NCBI GenBank assembly: GCA_900315785.1
Contig: ONAL01000010.1
Coordinates: 4,437 to 68,436 of the forward strand
Origin: an uncultured Eubacteriales bacterium
Lineage (GTDB): Bacteria; Bacillota; Clostridia; Oscillospirales; Acutalibacteraceae
Length of the DNA: 64,000 nucleotides
Reading direction: 5' to 3'
In this document: positions 1-9,856 of the stretch, piece after piece
How the letters are laid out: each line of letters starts with the position of its first letter
Position numbering within the stretch: position 1 is the first letter of the stretch
Made by a program: the position numbers and the translations under genes
Notes under the pieces: model-generated
The model's database searches: none
The model's input: only the letters and a program-made list of their open reading frames with translations
What the model was told of the DNA's origin: nothing

Positions 1-347
1 TCGTGCCTATTCTGGCGGTTGTTGCAAGCTTCGCCGAGGGCAAAACCCGTATATATAACGCAGAGCGTCTGCGTATCAAGGAGAGCGACAGGCTCAGAAC
101 TACAGCCGATATGCTCAACGCTTTGGGCGGCAAGGTCACCGAAAAGCGCGACGAGCTCATCATCGAGGGCACAGGAAAGCTTCGAGGCGGCGAAGTCGAC
201 GGAGCCAACGACCACCGAATCGTGATGTCCGCGTCCGTGGCGGCGCTCGGCTGTGAAAGCAAAGTTACAATCACCGACAGGGAGAGCATAAACAAGAGCT
301 ATCCCGATTATTTCGAAGAATATTTCAGGTTAGGAGGCAGAGGCTGA
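1..347 (+). CDS. aroA: 3-phosphoshikimate 1-carboxyvinyltransferase (EPSP synthase), C-terminal part; 5' end lies outside the window
   Basis: Frame open to left edge; typical EPSP synthase C-terminus (RIKESDRL, DHRIVMSASVAAL, INKSYPDYF); stop overlaps aroC start (TGATG). Confidence 0.9.
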   Translation, partial: VPILAVVASFAEGKTRIYNAERLRIKESDRLRTTADMLNALGGKVTEKRDELIIEGTGKLRGGEVDGANDHRIVMSASVAALGCESKVTITDRESINKSYPDYFEEYFRLGGRG

Positions 348-1426
348 TGTCCTTTTACGGCGATAATTTAAAGCTTACCGTCTTTGGCGAAAGCCACGGC
401 GAAGCGATAGGAATGACCTTGGCGGGAATCCCCGCAGGTCACAAAATAGATATGGACAAGGTCCTCGTGCAGATGGCTCGCAGAGCTCCCGGCAAGGACA
501 AAACCGCGACTCCGAGACTTGAAAAGGATTTTCCGTCCGTGAAGTCGGGTTTTCTTAACTCCGTCACCACGGGCGCGCCGATTGCCTGTGTTATCGAGAA
601 CACCAACACGCGCAGCGGCGACTACGGAAATCTGCTCGATTTGCCCCGACCGGGTCACAGCGATTACACCGCGTATGTGAAGTACGACGGCAACAACGAT
701 ATCCGCGGCGGCGGTCATTTCAGCGGAAGGCTCACTGCGCCGCTCGTTTTTGCGGGCGCGGTTATCCGTCAGATACTTGAGGAAAAGGGCGTCAGAATTG
801 CCGCGCATATTCAGTCTATCGGCAGCGTCAGCGACGAGAAATTCGACCTCGTAAATATCCCCGACGAGCTCATAGAGCGTCTCAACAGCGAGAGCTTTGC
901 GCTTATCGACAGAACGGTTGAAGAAGCTATGCGCACTGAGGTGGAAGCCGCAAAGGCTGAGCTCGACAGCGTCGGCGGAGTTGTCGAGTGTGTCGTCAAG
1001 GGCTTGCCCGCGGGAATCGGCGGACCCCTCTTTGACGGTCTTGAGGGTGCAATCGCCAAGGCTGTGTTCGGCGTTCCCGCCGTCAAGGGCGTGGAATTCG
1101 GCATTGGCTTTGACTGTGCAAAACTTCGCGGCAGTGAGAACAACGACAGCTTCCGCTATAGCGGAACATCGGTTGTCACTGAAACGAACAACTGCGGCGG
1201 AATTCTGGGCGGCATAACTAACGGAATGCCCGTGATTTTCCGAGCGGCATTCAAGCCGACGCCCTCGATTTCCGTACCTCAAAAAACCGTAAACCTCAGC
1301 ACAGGCGAGAACGACGAGCTTGTCGTCAAGGGCAGACACGACCCGTGCATAGTTGCGCGCGCGGTCAGCGTTATCGAAGCTGTCGCGGCGATTGCGGTAT
1401 ATGATATGATGTTAGGTGAAGTATGA
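347..1426 (+). CDS. aroC: chorismate synthase
   Basis: Full-length ORF; N-terminal FGESHG and C-terminal KGRHDPC motifs; translationally coupled on both sides. Confidence 0.95.
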   Translation: MSFYGDNLKLTVFGESHGEAIGMTLAGIPAGHKIDMDKVLVQMARRAPGKDKTATPRLEKDFPSVKSGFLNSVTTGAPIACVIENTNTRSGDYGNLLDLPRPGHSDYTAYVKYDGNNDIRGGGHFSGRLTAPLVFAGAVIRQILEEKGVRIAAHIQSIGSVSDEKFDLVNIPDELIERLNSESFALIDRTVEEAMRTEVEAAKAELDSVGGVVECVVKGLPAGIGGPLFDGLEGAIAKAVFGVPAVKGVEFGIGFDCAKLRGSENNDSFRYSGTSVVTETNNCGGILGGITNGMPVIFRAAFKPTPSISVPQKTVNLSTGENDELVVKGRHDPCIVARAVSVIEAVAAIAVYDMMLGEV

Positions 1427-2550
1427 GAGATTTAACTGAAATCCGTAAGGATATTAACGACATAGACGAACAGCTCGTTAGGCTTTTCAAGGCGCGTATG
1501 GACTGTGCCAAGGAAGTCGGCGAGTACAAAAAAGAGAACAATATCCCTGTTTTCAACGAGAAAAGAGAGGGCGAAATCCTCGATAAGGTCGCTGTAAAGG
1601 GCGGCGAGTACGGCTCCTACACACGGCTTCTGTACTCGGATATTATGGAGCTTTCGCGCGCCTTGCAGCACAACATCATCGGCAGCGGAAAGGCTCTTCG
1701 AAGCCTTATCGAGACCGCCGAGAGCGATTATCCCGAGTCGGGCGTCAAGGTCGCCTATCAGGGAATAAAGGGCGCGAACGGTCACGAAGCGGCGCTAAGG
1801 CTTTTTCCGAACGGCGACTGCTTCGGGCTCAAGACCTTCTCCGACGTGTTCGACGCGGTCGACAGCGGTAAAGCCGAATTCGGAGTGCTCCCTGTGGAGA
1901 ACTCCACGTCTGGCTCTGTTTCGGCTGTTTATGATTTGATATTGAAGCACAGATTTTACATCGTCGGCGCGCTCGATATGCCGATTGATTACTGTCTCTG
2001 CGGTCTCAGACAGTCCGAGATTTCCGATATTGAGAAGGTCTGGACACATCCGCAGTCGATTTCCCAGTGCGAAAACTACATCGCGGCGCACAATTTTGAG
2101 CCGACGCCCTGTGCCAACACGGCGGTAGCCGCCCGTGACGTTTCGCGTGAAAAGCGCCTCAACGTCGCCGCAATCTGTTCCTACAAGGCTTGTGAGGAAT
2201 ACGGGCTCAAAATCCTCGACAATCACATTCAGGATATCGACAGCAACACCACGCGCTTTATCGTGATTTCGAAGAAGCTCTTTATCTCCTCCGACGCGGA
2301 CAAAATCAGTCTTTGCTTCAGTCTGCCGCACGTTTCGGGCTCGCTCTACAGCGTGCTCTGCAGATTCAATTCGCTGGGCTTCAACCTCACCAAGATTGAG
2401 AGCCGACCGATTTCGGGCAGAGGCTTTGAATACCTGTTTTATCTCGACTTTTCGGGTAACGCGCGCACAGCCGAAGCGACAAGACTGCTCTGTGCAATGT
2501 CCGAGGAACTCCCGAACTTTTCCTTCCTCGGAAACTACTGTGAAATATGA
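1423..2550 (+). CDS. pheA: bifunctional chorismate mutase / prephenate dehydratase
   Basis: N-terminal chorismate mutase helices (IRKDINDIDEQLVRLFKARM), dehydratase core (VAYQGIKGANGHEAA, TTRF), ACT region with ESRP; ATGA overlap with aroC. Confidence 0.9.
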   Translation: MRDLTEIRKDINDIDEQLVRLFKARMDCAKEVGEYKKENNIPVFNEKREGEILDKVAVKGGEYGSYTRLLYSDIMELSRALQHNIIGSGKALRSLIETAESDYPESGVKVAYQGIKGANGHEAALRLFPNGDCFGLKTFSDVFDAVDSGKAEFGVLPVENSTSGSVSAVYDLILKHRFYIVGALDMPIDYCLCGLRQSEISDIEKVWTHPQSISQCENYIAAHNFEPTPCANTAVAARDVSREKRLNVAAICSYKACEEYGLKILDNHIQDIDSNTTRFIVISKKLFISSDADKISLCFSLPHVSGSLYSVLCRFNSLGFNLTKIESRPISGRGFEYLFYLDFSGNARTAEATRLLCAMSEELPNFSFLGNYCEI

Positions 2551-2581
2551 GAAAAACTGTCAATAATTACTGAATCACGGC

Positions 2582-2609
2582 TTGATTTTTGTATATTGTG
2601 TGGTATAAT
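2582..2609 (+). promoter_or_regulatory. sigma-A type promoter candidate for the beta-helix gene
   Basis: TTGATT, 16-nt spacer, TGgTATAAT (extended -10) about 40 nt upstream of the ATG at 2649. Confidence 0.55.
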
Positions 2610-2648
2610 AGTTTGCGTGAATATTATTCATTAAAGAGGAGGATTTAT

Positions 2649-3824
2649 ATGAAAAGTATTAAACGTGTTATGAGTATCGCGTTATGCCTGCTAACAATTC
2701 TTACGGTTGTAACCGCCGCTCCGATTAGCGTATCTGCCAAGGAAGGCGATGTTGTTGTCGTGAACGGAATCGAAATCGGCGTTAAGCAGAAGGACGGAAG
2801 CGTTCTTCTCAACGTAAGCAAGGACGCCGCCGCTAACGGCAGAGTTATCAACGCCGCTCTGGGCGACAACAAAAAGCGCTCAATCGTTATCCCCGCAAGG
2901 ACATTTAAGATTGACCGCGCAATCTGGATAGGAAGCAACAAGACAGTCAAGGCGAAGGGCGCGACAATTTACCAGACCGTTCCCGAATCCCCGATTATCA
3001 TCCACGCCTGCAAAAAGACCGACTACAAATCTCTTGAGAATGTTACCATAAACGGCGGTATCTGGAAGAGCAAGAACAACGAAAAGGCTACCAAGCCGAC
3101 CTCGACCTTCCGCTTCAACCACGCAGGAAACATCACCATCAAGAACGCGAGCGTTGACACAAACTATGTCAGCCACGCTATCGAGCTTGTCGCCTGCAAG
3201 AACGTCAGAATTTACAACTGCAAGCTTCTTGCAAAGGGCAAGCAGAAGAACGATATTTACGCGGAGCCTCTGCAGATTGATATCGCGACAAAGGCTACGG
3301 CTCCGACCGTTGCGAGCTACGGAAGCAAATATGTAAACGGTCAGGTGTGCAAGAACATCACCGTCAAGAAATGCACAATCAAGGGCTCACGCGGAATTTC
3401 CACAAACAAAACCGACACCGAAAACGGAAAGTGGCTCTCAAGACACCACATCAAGATTACTATCATCGGCTGTACGGTAACAGGCACAAGAACCGAGGCT
3501 CTTTGCCTTCATAACGCTGTCGGCGTGACAGTCAAGAATTGTAAGGCGTTCTCAACAGGCAGCGATTATAACTATAACATCGGCTGTTATCTCGCAAGCC
3601 TCGGATACAACAATAGCACCTCGAAGTATAAGAATGTGTTTGAAAATAACACAATCAAGGGCGGACGAAGCGGACTGTATATCGCGACCTATAAGGGCAA
3701 CAAGTTCGGTCCCACCAGCGTGCTCAAAAACAATCTTTACGCAAAGAACGGTGCGGGCGCTGCACTCAGCGTGAGCGGCTGTACCAAAACCGAAATTAGG
3801 GGAAATAAGCTTTACAAATGGTAA
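2649..3824 (+). CDS. secreted right-handed parallel beta-helix (PbH1 repeat) protein
   Basis: ATG at 2649 preceded by AAAGAGGAGGA; signal peptide (MKSIKRVMSIALCLLTILTVVTAAPISVSA); repeated NITIKN / VRIYNC / ITVKKC / VTVKNC turns. Confidence 0.7.
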   Translation: MKSIKRVMSIALCLLTILTVVTAAPISVSAKEGDVVVVNGIEIGVKQKDGSVLLNVSKDAAANGRVINAALGDNKKRSIVIPARTFKIDRAIWIGSNKTVKAKGATIYQTVPESPIIIHACKKTDYKSLENVTINGGIWKSKNNEKATKPTSTFRFNHAGNITIKNASVDTNYVSHAIELVACKNVRIYNCKLLAKGKQKNDIYAEPLQIDIATKATAPTVASYGSKYVNGQVCKNITVKKCTIKGSRGISTNKTDTENGKWLSRHHIKITIIGCTVTGTRTEALCLHNAVGVTVKNCKAFSTGSDYNYNIGCYLASLGYNNSTSKYKNVFENNTIKGGRSGLYIATYKGNKFGPTSVLKNNLYAKNGAGAALSVSGCTKTEIRGNKLYKW

Positions 3825-3832
3825 AAATCACG

Positions 3833-3855
3833 GGCTGCCGTCTGACACGGCAGCC
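3833..3855 (+). terminator. GC hairpin after beta-helix gene (weak U tract)
   Basis: GGCTGCCG-tctgaca-CGGCAGCC, 8-bp stem directly after the stop codon. Confidence 0.4.
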
Positions 3856-3871
3856 TGCATTATTACGGTAG

Positions 3872-4888
3872 GTGGCTATGATTAAAGAAAGAGATTATTT
3901 GTGGGACAATATCAAGGCGCTGCTGATTTGCCTCGTCGTTACGGGACATTGTATCGAGGTCAGCGCGGTTCACCATTCGCTCACGAGAGCCGTCAATTAC
4001 TGGATTTATTCCTTCCATATGCCCGCGTTTATCTTTGTTTCGGGCTTCTGGGCTAAGAGCTACTGCAAAAACGGCAGAGTTCGGGCTGAAAAGCTCGCGA
4101 CGCTGATTTGCTATTACACGGCGTTTCAGATTCTGTTCTCGGTGCTCAAGCTGATTTTCAACATCAAAACGTCGAGTATCTCGTTCTTCTCGCCCGCAAG
4201 AGGTCTCTGGTACCTTCTGGCGATGATTTTCTTCTACCTGTTGGTGCCCCTGGCTGAAAGGCTCCCGTCGTATATAGTTCTTCCTGCGCTGATAACTCTC
4301 GGTGTGCTCATCGGAAAGGACAGGTCGCCGTCAAATTATCTTGCTCTGCTCAGGATTTTCAACTTCGCGCCCTATTTCTTTATGGGCTACTACCTCAGCA
4401 CCGATACGGTAAACAAGCTCCGCTCGCTGAAAGGCAGACTCAGGTATCCGCTCGGAGCGGCGCTCGTGGTGCTATCCTCCGCAATCTGGATTGTTCAGCG
4501 CAACACGTTCTCTCGTGAGATATTCTTCGGCAAGTTAACCTATCACAAAATTCACCTCGGTTTGCTTGAAGGAGCAGGTCTGAGGCTCCAGACCTACCTT
4601 ATCGCGGCAATTATGATAGCGGCGCTGCTGCTGGTTATGCCGTCGAAAAAGACAATCTTCTCGTTCGTCGGTAAAAATTCGCTGCAAATCTTCATTCTGC
4701 ATATGGCTCTTGTGATAATCCTTTTTGATTCCAAGCTCGTCCATACCGAGATAAACAGTAATCCTGAATTTGCCGTCGCGGTGTTCGCGGGCGCCGCTCT
4801 GACGATAATACTCGCGCTTCCCGTGTTCACATACCCGTTCAGGGCGATTTCACGCTTCAGCGAAAAGCTCTGCAAGCTCAAAAAGTAA
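3872..4888 (+). CDS. membrane acyltransferase, acyltransferase-3 family
   Basis: Polytopic hydrophobic ORF with family-typical N-terminus (WDNIKALLICLVVTGH); start GTG 3872 or ATG 3878. Confidence 0.75.
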   Translation: MAMIKERDYLWDNIKALLICLVVTGHCIEVSAVHHSLTRAVNYWIYSFHMPAFIFVSGFWAKSYCKNGRVRAEKLATLICYYTAFQILFSVLKLIFNIKTSSISFFSPARGLWYLLAMIFFYLLVPLAERLPSYIVLPALITLGVLIGKDRSPSNYLALLRIFNFAPYFFMGYYLSTDTVNKLRSLKGRLRYPLGAALVVLSSAIWIVQRNTFSREIFFGKLTYHKIHLGLLEGAGLRLQTYLIAAIMIAALLLVMPSKKTIFSFVGKNSLQIFILHMALVIILFDSKLVHTEINSNPEFAVAVFAGAALTIILALPVFTYPFRAISRFSEKLCKLKK

Positions 4889-4896
4889 CTCTTCAA

Positions 4897-4929
4897 GCCG
4901 TTATCCGTCAGGGTAACGGCTGAACTTTT
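4897..4929 (+). terminator. rho-independent terminator candidate
   Basis: GCCGTTAtCC-gtca-GGgTAACGGC followed by TGAACTTTT. Confidence 0.5.
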
Positions 4930-5077
4930 GCACAAAAAGTTTTAAAAATAATTTAATTTATTTATAGAAATATGACACCTTTTTAACCGCTTTGGTCATA
5001 ATCGGAATAAAAATTACAGCCAGCTGACAAAAGGTATACAAGATTACCAAATATAGGTTACAGTTTCCGAAAATCTA

Positions 5078-5106
5078 TTGACTTTGAGCCCGTAATGGAG
5101 TATTAT
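5078..5106 (+). promoter_or_regulatory. sigma-A type promoter upstream of murA
   Basis: TTGACT, 17-nt spacer, TATTAT. Confidence 0.6.
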
Positions 5107-5265
5107 TTTATCGGTTGAAATTGTGGTTTAGTGGTTGTCAGACCACTACAGATTGTGTTTTTCTTACATTTTCGTAACCTTTTCGCAAGAAAGCTGTTAT
5201 CAAGGAAGATTTAAGAAAACATAATCACGAAGGTAAATGAAAAACTAAGCATATACTGTTTTGGA

Positions 5266-6570
5266 GTGTGTACGTTGGAAAAATTTGTAATTAACGGCGG
5301 CAAGGCGCTTGACGGTGAAGTGGTTATCAGCGGCGCCAAGAACGCGGCTGTGGCTATCATCCCCGCGGTTATCCTCTGCGATGAGCCCTGCCGAATTGAA
5401 AATATACCTAACATCAGCGACGTTGCCCTTATCGGCAGAATCCTTCAGGAAATGGGCGCTGAGGTTAAAAGAGTAAACAAGAGCACATTATACATCGACC
5501 CCAAGGGTATCGATACAGCAAGCGCGACTTCCGACCTCGTAAGAGGTATGCGTGCTTCCTATTATCTTTTAGGAGCGCTTCTCGGTCGTTGCCACGAAGC
5601 CAGAGTCTGCCTCCCGGGCGGCTGTAACTTCGGCGCTCGTCCTATCGATTTACACCTCAAGGGCTTTGCGGCTATGGGCGCAAGACACGAGCTCGTTAAC
5701 GGCGCAATCATCGATGTAAGGTCTCCCTATAAGCTTCGCGGAGCTCACATCTATCTTGATTTTGCTTCCGTCGGAGCTACAATCAACATTATGCTCGCGG
5801 CTGTAAAGGCTGAGGGTCAGACTGTTATCGAGAACGCGGCTAAGGAACCCCACATCGTTGACCTCGCAAACTTCCTCAACTCTATGGGCGCTCAGATTCG
5901 CGGCGCCGGTACCGATACAATCAAAATCCGCGGAGTAGACTTCCTCCACGGCGTTAACTATTCGATTATCCCCGACCAGATTGAGGCGGGTACTTATATG
6001 TGCGCTGCGGCTGCTACAAGAGGCAGAGTTCTCGTCAAGAACGTAACTCCCAAGCACCTCGAGAGCATCACCGCTAAGCTCAGAGAAATCGGCTGTGAGA
6101 TTAAGGAATTTGACGAGGCTGTTCTCGTTGACGCGACAAAGCGTCCCCTGAATCGCTGCAACATCAAGACCATGCCTCACCCGGGCTTCCCGACAGACTG
6201 TCAGCCCCAGTTCGCGGTTCTTCTCGCGACTGTTGACGGCACAAGCATCATCAACGAGAGCGTTTGGGACAACCGTTATCAGTATGTTTCAGAGCTCACT
6301 TTGATGAACGCTCACATCTCTGTTGAGGGCAGACTTGCCATCATCGAAGGCGGTTCAAGACTTACTGCCGCTCCCGTCAAGGCTACCGACCTTCGCGCGG
6401 GCGCCGCTATGATTATCGCGGGTCTCTGCGCTGACGGTACAACCGAGGTAAGCTCAATCCAGTATATCGAGAGAGGCTACGAGGATATCGTTGAAAAGCT
6501 CACAAATCTCGGCGCGGACATCAAGAAGGTTTACTACGAGGAAAGCCGCGACAGAAGCCTCAGAGCTTAA
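5266..6570 (+). CDS. murA: UDP-N-acetylglucosamine 1-carboxyvinyltransferase
   Basis: Full-length; GAKNAAV N-terminus and active-site Cys loop (LPGGCNFGARPIDLH); start GTG 5266 or TTG 5275. Confidence 0.95.
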   Translation: MCTLEKFVINGGKALDGEVVISGAKNAAVAIIPAVILCDEPCRIENIPNISDVALIGRILQEMGAEVKRVNKSTLYIDPKGIDTASATSDLVRGMRASYYLLGALLGRCHEARVCLPGGCNFGARPIDLHLKGFAAMGARHELVNGAIIDVRSPYKLRGAHIYLDFASVGATINIMLAAVKAEGQTVIENAAKEPHIVDLANFLNSMGAQIRGAGTDTIKIRGVDFLHGVNYSIIPDQIEAGTYMCAAAATRGRVLVKNVTPKHLESITAKLREIGCEIKEFDEAVLVDATKRPLNRCNIKTMPHPGFPTDCQPQFAVLLATVDGTSIINESVWDNRYQYVSELTLMNAHISVEGRLAIIEGGSRLTAAPVKATDLRAGAAMIIAGLCADGTTEVSSIQYIERGYEDIVEKLTNLGADIKKVYYEESRDRSLRA

Positions 6571-6586
6571 TACTATAAATATTATT

Positions 6587-6620
6587 GCCCCGAAGTTCGC
6601 TGAACTTTGGGGCTTTTGTA
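6587..6620 (+). terminator. rho-independent terminator of murA
   Basis: GCCCCGAAGTTC-gct-GAACTTTGGGGC followed by TTTTGTATTT. Confidence 0.8.
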
Positions 6621-6676
6621 TTTCATTTTATTAAAAGCTATGATATAATGAAATGAATGTGTAAAGGAGAGATACT

Positions 6677-7465
6677 ATGGCTAAGGTCGTTCCGCTCTTT
6701 TCGGGGAGCAAGGGCAACAGCTATTATATAGGCTCGTCGGGCGAAGGCGTGCTGATTGACGCGGGCAGAAGCTGCAGGCAGCTTGATTCGGCGCTTGAGC
6801 AAAACGGAATCCGCCCCGAGAGCATCGGCGCGGTTTTCATAACTCACGAGCACGTCGACCACTGCTCGGGCGTCCGCGTGTTCGCAAAGAAGCACGGTCT
6901 CAGAATCTACGCAAGCGCAGGCACACTGAGCGCAATGGAGGAGAAGGGCTATATCGAGCCGAAGAACCTCTGCGACGTTATCGAGAACGACATAGCTGTC
7001 GGCAATATGCGGATAATCCGCTGTGACACACCTCACGACGCGCGTGAGAGCTGCTGTTATCAGGTCGTGACCGCCGACGGCAGACGCGCGACGATTGCCA
7101 CGGATATGGGCGTTATGACCGACAAGGTCAGAGAGCTCATCAGCTACAGCGACTTTGCCGTCGTAGAATCAAACCACGACGTAAATATGCTCAAAAGCGG
7201 CTTTTATCCGCCCGACGTAAAGCGCAGAATCCTGTCCGACAAGGGACATCTCAGCAACGACGCCTGCGCCGCCGAGCTCGCCGAGTTTGTGCGCTGCGGC
7301 GTGTTCAGGCTTATGCTCGGTCACATCTCCGAGCACAACAACATCCCCGCCCTTGCCGTCAACACAGGACTTGACGTGCTCGAAAAGGTCGGTATGAAGG
7401 AAGGGCTCGACTATACACTCTCTGCCGTTCCGACCGAAACCGACGGCACCGTCGTAGTATTCTGA
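6677..7465 (+). CDS. MBL-fold metallo-hydrolase (YycJ/WalJ-like)
   Basis: HxHxDH motif (THEHVDHCSG); position directly upstream of rlmH as in many Firmicutes. Confidence 0.85.
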   Translation: MAKVVPLFSGSKGNSYYIGSSGEGVLIDAGRSCRQLDSALEQNGIRPESIGAVFITHEHVDHCSGVRVFAKKHGLRIYASAGTLSAMEEKGYIEPKNLCDVIENDIAVGNMRIIRCDTPHDARESCCYQVVTADGRRATIATDMGVMTDKVRELISYSDFAVVESNHDVNMLKSGFYPPDVKRRILSDKGHLSNDACAAELAEFVRCGVFRLMLGHISEHNNIPALAVNTGLDVLEKVGMKEGLDYTLSAVPTETDGTVVVF

Positions 7466-7472
7466 GGTAGCT

Positions 7473-7955
7473 ATGCTAAGTGTAAATATTATTTGTATAG
7501 GAAAAATCAAGGAAAAATACTGGACAGACGCAATCGCCGAGTACTCAAAAAGGCTCCGCGCGTTCTGCAAGTTCAGCATAATCGAGCTCGACGAGGAAAA
7601 GACTTACCAGAATCCGAACCCGTCGCAGATTGAGTCAATCCTCAACGCCGAGGGCAAGCGAATTCTTTCGGCGCTCACAAAGGGCTCCTTTGTCGTGCCG
7701 ATGTGTATCGAGGGCAAGAGCCTGAGCTCCGAGGAGCTCGCCGCAAAGCTCGGCGATATCCCTCTCTGCGGCAAGAGCTCGGTGGACTTCATAATCGGCG
7801 GAAGCTGGGGTCTCAGCCCCGAGGTCAAGGCAAGATCCGACCTCAAGCTCTCGATGAGCAAAATGACCTTTCCGCACCAGATGGCGCGCGTCGTGCTCTG
7901 TGAGCAGATTTACCGCGCGTTTGAAATCAACTCCAACGGAAAATATCATAAGTAA
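7473..7955 (+). CDS. rlmH: 23S rRNA (pseudouridine1915-N3)-methyltransferase
   Basis: About 160 aa SPOUT protein; N-terminus IICIGKIKEKY, C-terminal IGGSWGLSPEV and MTFPHQ. Confidence 0.9.
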   Translation: MLSVNIICIGKIKEKYWTDAIAEYSKRLRAFCKFSIIELDEEKTYQNPNPSQIESILNAEGKRILSALTKGSFVVPMCIEGKSLSSEELAAKLGDIPLCGKSSVDFIIGGSWGLSPEVKARSDLKLSMSKMTFPHQMARVVLCEQIYRAFEINSNGKYHK

Positions 7956-7969
7956 CAGAAGGTGAGATA

Positions 7970-9712
7970 ATGTCACTTGACGGAATGATGCTTCGTCATG
8001 TCGTAAACGAAATCAAAACCGAGGCAATCGGCTCTCGTGTTTATCAGATATATCAGCCCAACCGCGACGAGCTTGTTTTTCTGCTCCGTACCAAGTCAGG
8101 CAACAAGAAGCTCTTAATTTCCACGCGCGCAAATTCGCCGCGCGTTCATTTTACAGAATACAACCTCGAAAACCCCGCAACTCCGCCTATGCTTTGTATG
8201 CTTCTCAGAAAGCGTCTCGGCGGCGGTCATCTGACCGATATCCGCCAGTCGGGGCTTGACCGCGTGCTCAGTCTTGACTTTGACTGCACAAACGAGCTCG
8301 GCGACAGGGTTATGCTCACGGTCGTTGTGGAGATTATGGGCAAGCACAGCAACGTGATTTTCGTCGATGAGAACGGTATCATAATTGACGCTCTCAAGCG
8401 CGTCGATATCACGATGTCGTCCCAGCGGCTTGTGCTCCCGAATATCCCTTACGAGGTCGCCGTGCCTCAGGACAAGCTCAATATCCTGCTCACGGACGTC
8501 GACGAGGTTGTTGAAAAAATAATTTCCACACCCGCGGAAATGCCGCTCAATAAGGCTATACTAAACGTAGTTCAGGGTATTTCGCCGATTGTCTGCCGAG
8601 AGCTCGAGTATCAGACGCTTTCGGGAGAAAGCGCCTCAAACAAAACGCTCAGCCCGTCTCAGCTCGAACGTCTCAGACAGGCGATAAAGAACCTCGCCGA
8701 TACGGTTCTGACCTACAAGGGTGCGCCTTACACGCTCTACCGCAAAGGCGACGCAAAGCCCTTTGATATGACCTTTCTGCCGATAAAGCAGTACGGAGCG
8801 ATGGGTGAGGGCAAGCGCTGGGACAGCTTCTGCGAGCTGCTCGACCGCTATTATATTGAGCGCGACAGCGCCGACCGAATGAAGGTCAAGGCGGCTGACC
8901 TGTCGCGTCTGCTCTCAAACCTCATTCACCGAGCGACCAACAAGCTCAATGTCCAGACGCGCGAGCTCAAGGCTACCGAGGACAGGGAACAGCTCCGCAT
9001 AAAGGGCGATTTGCTCCAGGCAAATCTCTACCGCATAGAGCGCGGAGCTCAAAAGGTTGTCGTCGAGAATTACTATAACAACAACGAGCCTATGGAAATC
9101 CTTCTCAACCCCGCGCTTCCTCCCGCACAGAACGCTCAGAAGTTCTACAAGGACTACAACAAGGCAAAGACCGCCGCAAGGGTTCTTGCGGTTCAGATAG
9201 AAAAGGGCAGAGAAGAGCTCGACTACCTCGAAACTTTGCGCGACACGCTCTCCAGAGCTTCAAGCGAGCGCGAGCTCAACGCAATCAGGCTCGAATTTAT
9301 GGAACAGGGCTACATCAAGCGCAACAAATCCGCTCAGAAAAAGCCCGTTTCTCTGCCGCCGATTGAGTACACCACCTCAGACGGCTTCAAGGTGCTTGTC
9401 GGACGCAACAACAAGCAGAACGACACGCTCACCTTAAAGACCGCGCGAAAGCACGACCTCTGGTTCCATACCAAGAATATCCCCGGTTCTCACACGGTTC
9501 TCATCACCGAGGGCGAGGCGGTACCCGACAGCTCTTTGCTCGAAGCCGCGCGCATTGCCGCCTATCACAGCAAGGCGCGTGAAAGCACCAACGTAGCGGT
9601 CGATTACACCCTCATCAAGCACGTCTCAAAGCCCAACGGCGCAAAGCCGGGAATGGTAATTTTTGTGAACAACAAAACGCTCTATGTAGACCCTGCCGTA
9701 CCCGAAAAATAA
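7970..9712 (+). CDS. rqcH: ribosome quality-control NFACT protein (FbpA/RqcH family)
   Basis: NFACT-N start, central coiled coil, NFACT-R/DUF814 block (GRNNKQND, HTKNIPGSH). Confidence 0.85.
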   Translation: MSLDGMMLRHVVNEIKTEAIGSRVYQIYQPNRDELVFLLRTKSGNKKLLISTRANSPRVHFTEYNLENPATPPMLCMLLRKRLGGGHLTDIRQSGLDRVLSLDFDCTNELGDRVMLTVVVEIMGKHSNVIFVDENGIIIDALKRVDITMSSQRLVLPNIPYEVAVPQDKLNILLTDVDEVVEKIISTPAEMPLNKAILNVVQGISPIVCRELEYQTLSGESASNKTLSPSQLERLRQAIKNLADTVLTYKGAPYTLYRKGDAKPFDMTFLPIKQYGAMGEGKRWDSFCELLDRYYIERDSADRMKVKAADLSRLLSNLIHRATNKLNVQTRELKATEDREQLRIKGDLLQANLYRIERGAQKVVVENYYNNNEPMEILLNPALPPAQNAQKFYKDYNKAKTAARVLAVQIEKGREELDYLETLRDTLSRASSERELNAIRLEFMEQGYIKRNKSAQKKPVSLPPIEYTTSDGFKVLVGRNNKQNDTLTLKTARKHDLWFHTKNIPGSHTVLITEGEAVPDSSLLEAARIAAYHSKARESTNVAVDYTLIKHVSKPNGAKPGMVIFVNNKTLYVDPAVPEK

Positions 9713-9856
9713 ATTTATTATAATTCTGCAGAAGAATTATCACGGACTGGCTATATATTATCATAAAAATGGTGAAACCTGACGTTTTTAGGAAAACTTT
9801 GGGTATTCATATCCGTGCTTCGGCTTCGGATATCCTATTATATTTGGGGAAAAACT

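Noticed and set aside
368-1339. 323-aa ORF antisense to aroC, plus further overlapping ORFs at 811-1143 and 897-1217
   Set aside because: It lies fully inside a well-supported gene on the other strand. It has no RBS and a low-complexity Arg/Ala/Ser-rich composition typical of shadow ORFs in GC-rich coding DNA.
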